Source: Amphiscolops sp. MND2022 (lineage: Eukaryota). Taken from it: a stretch of 64,000 bases of DNA. Shown one piece after another: positions 50,803 to 62,258 of this stretch. The stretch covers positions 15,376,001-15,440,000 of the forward strand of contig OZ076411.1 in NCBI GenBank assembly GCA_964187785.1, in the 5' to 3' direction. Positions within the stretch are counted from its first letter, which is position 1. Each line of letters begins with the position of its first letter. The notes beneath the pieces were generated by a model. The model was given only the letters and a program-made list of their open reading frames with translations, searched no databases and was not told the DNA's origin. The position numbers and the translations under genes were made by a program.

Positions 50803-52481
50803 TGTTTTCTTTCAGAGCTACCTAGAATTTACGAGGTTGACGTTACACGGATTCCCCCTAACTAATAAAATGATTTTGTCTTATAAATTTGTTCACCCAA
50901 AAGTCTTGATGCTATTCACTTTAAAATTGAAGAGACACGAAAAACCAATGCCTCCGTTTAAAATAGTACGGAATTGTAAACTGTATTTTGATAAATCTCC
51001 TGAACTGAAAAGAAAGTGCGTTTATTCCATTGACGCTAAATTTCCCTAATATACTGCACTAAATTTAAATAAGTAAAGTTTTAATACTTCGATGAAAATG
51101 AATAAATCTTTTGCTCTGAGGCGACTGACGAATGTAAAAGTGAAATAAATACTGCTATGCCTATAAAATTTTGCTCTGTATTTCTGTCTTGTCGCTTATT
51201 GTAATTCAACATATTTTTTCCCATACTTCTCTCCTTTTCAGATAGTTCTTTTACATACACTGCCTTGCACTCACTCACGCAACTTCCTTTGTCCGCACGT
51301 ACACGCAAGGCACTTCTTTTCAGGATAACACCGAGTAAGCTATTGAGACTTTCTTACTCATACCTAATCAATAAGGGAACGGTCAATAGTAGTATTTTGC
51401 AAAATGCCACAGAAGACGAACTGACTATTACTGATAACAAGTGAGCAGTCCCTTGAAATGAGAAAACAGGAAAGAGTAAATAGCAAAATTTATCCATGCG
51501 TGCGACAAATTGGTGCGACCAGTGAGGCATCTTTCTCTCTTTTAGTAGAGAAGTAATTGAGCTATCTGTTAGAATCCTTACTCTCAGAAGTTAGGGTTAA
51601 AAACCTATTTCTCTTGATCTTACTTCTGATTTTCTTTTTTCTCCTACTGCCCCAATATGTGGCTTCTTTGGTCTATATAAATCATAGAACTGCTAGTAAA
51701 TACTCCAATAGAATCTCTCCAGCTTAACAGCTTTTGGAAGAGACTGTGCACTACGCAACTTAGTCCTCTCAATCCCCAAAACGGTTAGAGCTGATTTACT
51801 TTTACGGAAATGCTAGACTACATTCGGTCCTAAACGAGAATGAAACTGCTTTCTAACACGGAATTTAAACTTACAGTTGCGAAAATTCGCTCAAATCCAG
51901 ACGGACACTAAGAAAAAGCCCGCCTAGGTCTCCTCGGAAGCTGATTGAAGGCCGTGAGCCCAGTGGGTGTCCTTGAACCTGTGTAGCATTCCAAGGTGGA
52001 AACCTAGAATTCTAAGAATTCTGGTGATAGTACACTAGTGTTTGCATGCTAGTGATCTTGGCCCCGCGCTACTTGATCCTGAGGACGAGAGTGACTCCCT
52101 CTGTTTGTTTGTTGTATTACTTTTACAAAACCCATTGAAAGGCTAGACTAGCGAATTGAAGACCTTTTGGACCGACTGTACTCTCCATATTTTTTTCTTT
52201 GGGTTAATTCGGAGGATTGGTATACCCCGAACTGCCCTTTCTGTTAATCATTTAAATTTAGCGGGATTTGTAAGTATCCCCTATTTTTTGGGATTGAAGT
52301 ATTAAACCCGGAGGACTAACGTCTCCTAAGCTGAGAGGTGGGATCTTCAAAATTTTTTTTGCATACTACTGAGTATATGCAAAATCAGACCTGCCTAATT
52401 CTTATCTTTAGAACTCTTGCAAGAGCGTCTTCTACCTTAATCCTTTGTGGTTATTCACAGAGACCTGGAGTATCCTACCTA

Positions 52482-53273
52482 CTCACTCATACAAGAAATG
52501 CGAGACGACCTAAAGGGAATTAAACTACAAATCAAAGAACAGATGAATAACACGATCAACGCAGTAGAGAAAACAGTAGACCCTAATGCCACAGGACGAA
52601 GAATGGCCACACGATTCTGCGGGTACTGCCGAACATATGGGCACACACCTAACTGGTGCAGAAAGAAGATGAGAGACGAAGAAGTCAAGAAGGTTCAAAA
52701 CGAAACTAACACAGAGAGAAAAATCGTTCACCAGCGATTACAACAAAAGAACAGGACCTGGACATGGCTCGAAATTTCAGCCAAGATTACCCGATTCAGA
52801 GATCCGAAAACATATGGCTGTGGCACACCAACTGGCGCTCGCAGGAGCTTTGCAAGCAACCCCCACTTGGAACCGATTTGATAGAACACAGAACAGAAAC
52901 TTTAACTCTGAACGCAGAACTATGAATACGAGGTTTGACTCCAGATTTTCACAAGAGGGGGGAAGACTTTTTTCCTAAAACCCTAACAATTCTAGGAGTA
53001 TCTCTCCAAGACCACAGAGAGCAAGGTCTCCATTTGCCCCCAATAGAGGCAAGTCTAGTTCGTTCAACCGCAACATACAACCTCTTCCACCAAGGAACAA
53101 CTCAGTTTTTCAGAGACAACAACAAAACAAACGAAAGACCCAGCACCCCTACTCAGTCTTACGAGCAAAGATTTCCAAAGACTAAGGACATGGGAAGATC
53201 CAACACAGTACAATTCTTAGAAACTGACTACTCGGTGAACTCGGTAGCCGACTTTCGTCCTTTAAACTACTAA
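52482..53273 (+). pseudogene. gag remnant of element B (N-terminal ~700 bp deleted)
   Basis: tatcctacc joins directly to actcactcatacaagaaatg; knuckle CGYCRTYGHTPNWC; ends RPLNY*. Confidence 0.88.
53261..53267 (+). promoter_or_regulatory. -1 programmed ribosomal frameshift slippery site T TTA AAC
   Basis: In gag phase two codons before the gag stop. The -1 frame is open for 36 codons into LEMEFLLDTG. The same geometry occurs at 32372, 39598 and 47124. Confidence 0.85.
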
Positions 53274-54073
53274 GGTCTCCGAAAAATAAAAATACCAGCA
53301 GTGCCCCGCTAAAATTTAGTCTCAATCTTCATTATTTTGCTGCCGGAGACTCACAAAAAGATAGTGGCTTGGAAATGGAATTTCTACTTGACACTGGGGC
53401 AACATCTTCAATCATCAACTATAGAACTTTTAGAGAACTTTTCCAATTCCAACAAGACCTCGAACTCAGCAGGAGCAACAACACAACACGGAACTACTAT
53501 GGTCAAATCATCCCTATGATGGGATACATTTCACTACGACTCTACTATGATTCCGACGGCCAACATAACTTCCCTCTGACAGTCTGGATCACAGAGATGA
53601 AGACACAGAACCTTCTTGGAATGAACTTCTGCCAAGAGCAGATCAACAAAATACATTTCGACCTCCCCGGCATAGAGCTCAAGAGACCTCTAAATACCTT
53701 CTGCTATGGTAGCCTTCAATTAAACAAAGTATACCCCTATGTTTTGCAAATATTAACAGTCAAAATCCCTCACTCCATGTACATTGCACTGAAAACAAGA
53801 AGATGCTACAAATTTGCCTCCGAAAACGCGAATTCTTTCCCTCCCGGATCTACATTCCTTCCAAACAGAAAGGCAGTTTCTACAAGACCCAACTTCATAA
53901 ATGTCCTCTGTACACAGTTCGAGAAGACTTTGCCAATTGTCATGGAAAACAACAAGAACCATACAATCACACTAGTAAAAGGAACAATTGGATACTCCAT
54001 GTTAGACATCATTGACAAAGAAATCCCAAAGTATCAGATTAGGAATCCTACCGAACTCGCTTACACCATTTGA
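53261..54073 (+). pseudogene. pol: aspartic protease plus downstream beta-rich region
   Basis: LLDTGA catalytic motif; ORF track 53369-54073. Confidence 0.92.
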
Positions 54074-54133
54074 AGCGAAAATGAAGAATACAATGATTGC
54101 TTCTTAGTACACTCCACTATCCCTTCACAAGAT

Positions 54134-54579
54134 ATGAACGATTGCATCAGAATAGAGGAAAGAAATTCTACAACAATACTCAGCAGACCAGACTCTATCA
54201 TCATCTTTGTCCCGGCTGATCTCAAGCCAGCCAAAGGCTTCTCTAAAGAAATTTTAACGAACATACCTTCATTAAAGACTCTTGCGCAAAACAGAAACCA
54301 CAAAAAGGCGATACTATACCCTACTGGGATATGACTCTAAAGCGATTTATATACGTCCTAATCACTAAAGCTAAATCGAAAGACAAAGTTGACCCACAAA
54401 TCTTAGTCCAATCGCTGGAGGCACTAAAAGCACGCGCCAAAATGAGTAGTATCAAGACTGTTTCTATGTCACGAGAAGCCTCGGAACTAGAAGCTTCCAA
54501 TGGCAAGATGTTACACAAATTATTCAAGACGTTTTTGCCTCAGAAATACAACTCCGAATTTATAAAAGAAACGAACTAG
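54134..54579 (+). pseudogene. pol: TARG1/OARD1 (Poa1p)-like macrodomain
   Basis: SIIIFVPADLKPAKGFSKEI, then a frameshift near 54305, then GDTIPYWDMTLKRFIYVLITK...LVQSLEALK...VSMSR. This parallels OARD1 SLAHCISEDCRMGAGIA / RYIYYLITK / LQKSLEAMK / LSMPR. Confidence 0.75.
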
Positions 54580-54889
54580 ATGTTTATGCCATGACTACCA
54601 GAGGAGACCCCGAATCTTCATTAGAAGCGAAATACAACAATTCTCAGAAGAATTTCACTTGAAGCACAGAGAACTGGAAACTGACTCTACTAAAGACGCA
54701 AAGTCCTGTCAACCACCTTGTGACGAACAATTCAAGATATTTATGCCCAAGGAAGACAACGAATCAGAAAGAGACTGATTGAATACTATCTTCAATACCA
54801 GAACAAAGAAGCAGTTCAATACATCACAGAATTCGACTTTCGCTACTCGGACCTAACAGACGAAGAACTTGTTCTTCTAATAGGCCTAC

Positions 54890-55849
54890 TAATGGATGCT
54901 AGAGATGTATACTCACAACACAAGTTCGACGTTGGGAAAACTAGACAGAAATTCAACATTAAACTGGCACACGAAGCAATTCTGAAGAGACAGAGACCTA
55001 GCAAAGTACCACTGCAGTTACGGGAGAAGTTAGAAAAGCTACTAACACAACTCAAAGAGGCTGACATCATAAGAGATGGGCGATGACGACGAAATGGGAT
55101 CCTTATTCGTGAACCCCATCATCCTACAACCAAAACATGACTACGTCAAGCTGATAATAGACGCAAGATACCTGAATTCAGTGACGGATCTAACAAACTA
55201 CCCCTGGCCCTTGGAACCGATACAAACCATAATGACTCTCATCAATGGAAAAATCTCAGTAAGTGATCTCTCTTGCGCTTTTCACCAAGTCCCACTAGAC
55301 GAGCCCACACAGAAACTCACTAGCTTCATAATTGGCGACAAACAATACACATTCACCAGAGGATTCTACGGACTTAAAGGATTACACAGCTTCTTCAGCC
55401 GTATGATGACAATTCATTTCGAACCCCTCATCAAGAAGAAACAAGCAATTACCTACATAGACGACACGTTAATGGAGGCCAAAAACAAACAAGAAATGTT
55501 CACAGTGATCCAAGAATACCATGACCTACTACGGAAAGCAGGACTCAAGGCAGCGCATGACAAAACACTATTCTTCTTGAGAAAAGTTATGTTCCTGGGA
55601 CATGAGATTGCAGCAGAAGGAATACAACCCGTAGCTAAACGAGTCAGGAATCTTCACAATCTCAAATCGCCAAAAACGAGAACTGAGGTAAAAAGCTTCC
55701 TAGGGGCTCTGGGATTTTATAGCTGTCACATCAAGAATCTGCATGTCGATAGCAGACCATTCTACGAGCAGACCCAGAAAGTTACAAACTTTTGTTGGAA
55801 ACAAGAACATGAAGACCTCTTCCAAGAAATAAACTTGAGAATAAGCTAA
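54890..55849 (+). pseudogene. pol: reverse transcriptase
   Basis: LIIDARYLN, SDLSCAFHQ, YTFTRGFYGL, YIDD, FLGH; frameshift near 55080. Confidence 0.95.
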
Positions 55850-56255
55850 GACACAGTCCTTGCCGTACCCTCAACAAAGTACCCCTTTCACATACACGTG
55901 GACTCATCTAACGTAGGAACCGGATGTATCCTAATACAAAAATTCCCCGAAGGAAAACGGATTATTTTCTTCAATTCGCGAGTTTTTGCAAAAGAAGAAC
56001 AAAAGATGTCCACTCTACATAGAGAACTATGTGGCATAGTCTCAGCTCTTCAAACGTATGAGCACTAAATCATCGGATCGCTTTTCCCTATTTACGTATA
56101 CTGTGACCATAAACCCGTTCTATATCTCTGGGGACGAAAGGGACAAGTTTCCCCACGCTTCTTTAGGTACAAAGTGATCATTTCCAAGTTCCCCAATCTA
56201 AAGATAAAATGGACGCCGGGAAGCAACTTAGCCTTCCTTGATATACTCAGCCGAA
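55850..56255 (+). pseudogene. pol: RNase H
   Basis: HVDSSNVGTG, HRELCGIV, YCDHKP and LDILSR; in-frame stop near 56066. Confidence 0.92.
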
Positions 56256-57099
56256 ATGTCTCAATCGAAGAACACAAGAAACATCAACTTAGCCACAAAA
56301 TCTTACCCAACGACATACACTTCTTCGATGAGCATGGGACTCAAGTTCACTACAAAATCAAACACGAGGAAAACGATGAGACATCAAAGAATGACTTCTA
56401 CCCTATATTGTACGAGAAGGGGGAAGAACGGAAAATCCTTCACCTACAAATTGACGGTAATAATTTCACAGTCAACAATATCTGCGAGGAACCTAACCTG
56501 CCGAAGATAGAATCGGCACAAAGTTGTTTTGACGCCGGAAAAGAAATTGGTAAATACGAAGAGCTACGAATCAGATTGGGCACGCGAGAAAGTACTTCCG
56601 ATATATCACAAAATACTTACAGCTCTGTCAACAGCGACGCAGACGATGAAGCTCCCACAAATGATGAACTTCAAGAAGTGAACGAAACAAATTACGAGGT
56701 GAATCCGAGTTCCCCGGCACTCAAACAATGTATCTCCGAAAACGATAAGGCAACAGGAAATCACGAGCTCCCTAAAACCACAATGAGAAAACAAAAAACA
56801 TCAGCACGAGAACTCATAGGCCAACTTGATAAGATATCCAAAGAAGCAGAGCTAAATGTCACCACAATTTTACAAGAACAAATTAACGACCCAGTCCTTA
56901 GAGTTGTTCGACAATGGATAAAGACAGGAAACAAGCCTACGCCAAAGTCACCAGAGTTACAACACTCGAAAGGCCTCATGCGCTACTTTCAGGAGTTCGA
57001 CAGACTAACCATAGAAGAACAAGGAAACCTCCTCTGTTACAACGAGCCAACTGACGACCCGGCAGACGTAAATCTGAGAATCTGCCTACCTCTCTATTT

Positions 57100-58660
57100 C
57101 TAGCTTGCTTCTGCATGGGACATTACAATGACTTGGGCGGCCACATGGGAGCTGAGAAAACCTACCTAAATGCTAGAAGATTTTACTACTGACCCGGAAT
57201 GCACGACTGGATCTGTGCCCTCACACAAGATTGTGTTAGCTGCCAATCTAACAAATCCAAACAACGAAGAAATAACTAAGTCCCACTGGAAGACTGTGAA
57301 ACTGAGACCCAAGTATTCAGAACGGTTTATATCGATCACAAGGGACCGTTCAACCCTCTCAGTCGTGGAAATTCACATTGCCTCCTCATCATTGACGCCT
57401 TCTCACGCTACTTGATGGCATACCCGGTTAGAGACACAGGAGCACAATCAACAATCAACGCAATGGAAAAATGGATTATGCACTATGGGATACGGCAATC
57501 TATCATACATGATAGAGGAACAGCCTTTGTAAACACTGAATTCGTTAATTGGACGAAAGAGTTTGGCATTACTCTTCGACCAAGAACTGCACACTCACCC
57601 TGGACAAATGGCAAAGTCGAAACCCAAAATCACATTGCAAGATACTGGAGAAACTTCTTAAGCGAATCAGGAAACAACTGGGCCCAACTAGCTGCTAAAA
57701 TTGCATTTGCCCTCAACACAAGCGTCAACTACACAACAGGAAAGACCCCCTACGAAATATTGTTCTGCAACAAACCACAAATACCAATGAGTCCTAAGCT
57801 AGGACTCTATAGGAATAAAAACAAAAACTGCAGATCACAATTCTGTAACGGATTACCTCCCCATCGATATAGCGAAAACCAAGTCAAAAACAGACTACTA
57901 AATGGACTATTAAGACCACAACTATCACAAAGCTTGCTGGACCGAGAAACCGCCTTCAAAAAGATCTACTCATCCACATACGAAGAGTGCAGAAAACAAA
58001 CAGCTCGATCACACGCCTACAGAAACAGATTTAAACTCGGAAACCACCTCAACATAGGACAAAAGGTTCTGCTAGAAAACCATCGAAAAGACCTGTCCAA
58101 AAGCCAAAAACTTCAACAACTGCGATTGGGACCCTTTACGGTTACCAAGAGAATTACAAATACAGCCTACCAAATAACAGAAGATCAAAATCCCGAGAAT
58201 CTCCAAACTGTGCATAGGACTCATCTTATAGAATACTTTCCTAAAGAGGAAACACTCCCCCCTCTTATCGAAGAATACACAACTCCCCACCGTGGAGACA
58301 CGAATTTTTATAGCAGTTTTGTCAAGGGAAGAATTGAAAAGCTTAATGTTTCAGAACCACAAACGCTCAGGGATCTCTGCGTATTGCCAATTCGGAACCA
58401 ACGCGATCAAATACTTGCCGACAAAATAACGCAAACCCCCAGAGCACAGATTCTGATATCATCTCTCCAGAAAATCAGTTGTTGACAACCCCAAAGACTC
58501 CCGATCAGCCTTCGACCTCACATCCTCGAGACACCGCAACCCCTATCCTGACGTTGACAGAACGTCAACCGACTCCAGCACCCCCAACTAACACCCCAGC
58601 ATCTTCATCCAAATCACCAACTCTCTTGCAAGAGTCCAGAAGAGCTCTTGTCCGCCACAC
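57100..58660 (+). pseudogene. pol: integrase (HHCC zinc finger, DDE core, C-terminal extension)
   Basis: HYNDLGGH...CVSC; IDHKGP, IHDRGT and NGKVE; several frameshifts. Confidence 0.93.
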
Positions 58661-59372
58661 ACCGCCTTCAAAAAAATTTACTCATCCACATACGAAGAGT
58701 GCAGAAAACAAACAGCTCGATCACACGCCTACAGAAACAGATTTAAACTCGGAAACCACCTCAACATAGGACAAAAGGTTCTGCTAGAAAACCATCGAAA
58801 AGACCTGTCCAAAAGCCAAAAACTTCAACAACTGCGATTGGGACCCTTTACGGTTACCAAGAGAATTACAAATACAACCTACCAAATAACAGAAGATCAA
58901 AATCCCGAGAATCTGCGAACTGTGCATAGGAATCATCTTATAGAATACTTTCCTAAAGAGGAAACACTACCCCCTCTTATCGAAGAATACACAACTCCCC
59001 ACAGTGGAGACACGAATTTTTATAGCAGTTTTGTCAAGGGAAGAATTGAAAAGCTTAATGTTTCAGAACCACAAACGCTCGGGGATCTCTGCATATTGCC
59101 AATTCGGAACCAACGCGATCAAATACTTGCCGGCAAAATAACGCAAACCCCCCAGAGCACAGATTCTAATATCATCTCTCCAGAAAATCAGTTGTTGACA
59201 ACCCCAAAGACTCCCGATCAGCCTTCGACCTCACATCCTCGAGACACCGCAACCCCTATCATGACGTTGACACAACGTCAACCGACTCCAGCACCCCCAA
59301 CTAACACCCCAGCATCTTCATCCAAATCACCAACTCCCTTGCAAGAGTCAAGAAGAGCTGTTGCCCGCCACA
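57949..59372 (+). repeat. 712-bp tandem duplication of the integrase 3' region
   Basis: 57949-58660 is repeated at 58661-59372 with a few substitutions. Confidence 0.93.
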
Positions 59373-60018
59373 TAGAAAGAAATCCGCGCTATCAACGCGG
59401 ACAGCCCAATCAACCAGCACAACAATCCATACTTCGCCAAAAGGACTCGAATTGGTTACAAAGAATATTCTTATCATGCCATGCCATAAAGTCTATCTAA
59501 ATTTGCCTTGGCAAGTTCCGCGTGAACTTCAGTCCTTAGGCATTTTTCAAGTAACATTTACAAAAGTCTACTGGACCTACATAAACAAGATAGTTAGAAT
59601 TTGCTTCTACTCCGAAGACCCAGACCCTAGCCATCATAAACAACCTACGCCCCGCAAATCAAACCTACCTATGTGCCCGGAATCCAAGACCTTATCTATA
59701 TCAACACCTAGCATACTACGCAGTCACACACCACGACCCTATCGTAGAAGAACTCCTATCCTACATGCCTACCCTAATACCTGACCTACAACCTTCCCCG
59801 CCTAATACTAAAAAGGACCTATTCTGCTGCTCTACTATCTCCTCACCAAGCTCCAGCCGGCGAATTTAACCTATTAGAAAAGTATAACCAATATAGTTAT
59901 TTGCTTATATTTATCGATATTCTTTGTGCAATCCCGAAAACAGCATTACTCAAAAGGCCACAGAGACAAGAAGCGTATAAAATTGGCAGTATTGGAGGTG
60001 GAGTAGCCCAAAACGGGC

Positions 60019-60553
60019 CTACTCCACGACGAGAAACCCGCCGCTCTCCGCTAACATACGGAGCTGCTCTCGACGGGCTTCGGGGGTCCAATAACGATAG
60101 AGCCGCTCCCACTGCAATCTTTGAAACATCGTCAGCCTGGACCACCCGCTGATGTAGGCGGACAGCCTAAAGAGGTGTTCCTCCGCTGACGAAGACAAAA
60201 GCACTTCCTCCCATTGATGCCCTATCTCCACATCCAGGAAATCTGCAAAATGAAGTAGCACTGGCGCATGAGGCACCACGAAACCTTTAGTGCCGTGCAA
60301 TACTCGGGTACTCATGACCCACGCCTCAAGTATTTCCAAATCGTTCCGGTTGTATATACCCCGAAACGATTCTAACAATGGCGACCCCTCGCTATCTGAG
60401 GAAGGTGCGGGAGACACCGTCCGCCTTTCAGGCAAAACTACCCCGACCGGCAATGAAGTATCCGGCCTACTGGGTCCCGCAACCGGCTCCCGCTCCTGGC
60501 TCGGTTCATGAAATTCTTCCACCAGACCCTCTCCTCCTGAATGCAAGTACTCA

Positions 60554-60594
<41 letters not shown>

Positions 60595-60711
60595 AGACTC
60601 TTCATAAAAGTCGTCGCCTTCAGAAATTGCAATGGCGACCCCCTCTTCTATTTGGCCCTCCAAAAGGACTTCTTCCAGGACGACTTCCCGTTCTTCTTGT
60701 TCTCGGCTCAT
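60019..60711 (-). CDS. Intact antisense accessory ORF, 230 aa (acidic/Ser-rich N-terminus, helical C-terminal domain)
   Basis: ATG start and open frame. Protein-level conservation with element A shows mainly synonymous changes and the same terminal LVVE*. Confidence 0.82.
60554..60592. repeat. (GAC)13 microsatellite encoding poly-Ser in the antisense ORF
   Basis: Counted directly; not expanded in element A. Confidence 0.95.
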
Positions 60712-60792
60712 CTTTTGATCCTCCTACAAGAAAACTAGATTAGACGCAATATAAATGACTTCTCACGGCCGAGGACAATCCTCAGACCTATC

Positions 60793-61030
60793 ATGTTACA
60801 ACCTAATACTTCTTATCAGCTGACCCTGACCCCACCTAGCCCGCAGAAACCCCTATCTCCCCCGCATGATGCAGAGAAAACAGGCTACATGACGAATCAG
60901 TATCAGCAGCTAAGAATCGAATATACGCCTACCAGTCCCTACCCAAAGTCTGACAAGCACACGCGGAGCATTTAGCCCATCAAACCCCAGGCTAGAACCA
61001 GTAGACATAGTGCAGTATATCTCTATCTAA
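60793..61030 (+). pseudogene. Small sense accessory ORF (~78 aa; premature TAG and frameshift)
   Basis: MLQPNTSYQL...YMTNQY...TSPYPKSDKHTRSI*PI; the TAG is TGG in element A. Confidence 0.6.
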
Positions 61031-61247
61031 ATCTGTTTATCCTATTTAATGTAACCTAACTAAATTAATACATTTAAGATTTCGTTTTTCTTACTCTCTA
61101 CTCTCTCCGCCTGGGCCGCTCCAAGGTAATTAAACCTCAAAAGCTACCCATTGGGAGTGCAAAGTCAAAAAAATTTCGATTCCCAAAAGCAATGAAATAA
61201 CTGATGATTCCATTCTCAGTTTTGCTATGATATATGAATGCCAGTGA

Positions 61248-62150
61248 TTGACTCCACACCACCCACAGATGATCATAATCTTCAAAATCGACGACCGTCT
61301 TTCACAAATCACAGATATCCAGAAGGAACCCTCAACGCGGAACATCATCATTCAAGCCTACGCACTTGTAGAAGAAAGTGAAACCTACACGTGCGTGCCG
61401 GAATCTCCCATCTACCCGTTACTGGAGAGCTTGCTATATAATAACACACCTACAGAAGTCTTCACAAAAGCCAAGTCAGTCATTTAATGTCCTCTCCCGC
61501 AGTTGCCGTCTTCCGCGGAAATAAGTACCACTTCCACACACTTTTTCAACCTCCTGTTCCTTGGACCCCATACAACTCAAGGGTCAATACGAAATACAGT
61601 CAATCTTCTACGAGATCACTACCTCTGCGATTCAAGTTCGCATACTCACACCAGAAGACAAAGAAGCTCTAGTCCTGTTCCCAATTCACTTCGGGTCCAA
61701 GGAATACGCCTACTTATTCCTTTCGTTCAGGCAATACATACTCCAACACCCGGCCGTCCTCAAAGACAAGGCTTTCGACGACTTGGTTTATTTTATGGAC
61801 ATCACTCTCACCTCCAACCCCTTCGAAGAAGTTCGAATCAAATACCTTCACAGGCTGGTCGAAACTTACGATGTTTAAAATTCAACTAAAGTTTCTCTGG
61901 CGACACCCGGAAACTAACACTCTTCTTGAAATCCTTTCCATTGCCTGGAGAGACCGCTCCTTCTAAACAAATAGAAATCCATAGCCTGCGACCTCACCAG
62001 CCTGGACATTGGCTTGTCCCAATCGATCTTGAGTCACAAGAAGCTGCAGATCTAGCACACGCATTGAAAGAGTATCGCCAAATTGCATACCTCGATCACA
62101 TCCACCCTCTCACACTCTTCCTTGTCAGCAAACTCTTTTTGGACACGTGA
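61248..62150 (+). pseudogene. Further sense accessory ORF(s) between integrase and env
   Basis: Abutting ORFs 61248-61487, 61561-61878 and 61926-62150 have globular-protein composition. No family recognised. Confidence 0.5.
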
Positions 62151-62258
62151 AGACGAAACAAGCCCTCTCCCAGCCTCCAATCAGTCCGCAACAACTACGA
62201 CTAAACCTCTAAACCTTCAAAAATTGGTTGAAGTTAGTCTCTCTCACATCTCTATTCA

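Noticed and set aside
50830-52440. Long antisense ORF in the Gypsy leader
   Set aside because: One minus frame looks protein-like but has ~10 stops in ~230 codons, close to random for this base composition. It needs family alignment.
60378-60743. Sense ORFs with poly-Thr or poly-Arg over the GAC repeat
   Set aside because: Shadow frames of the conserved antisense ORF; not maintained in element A.
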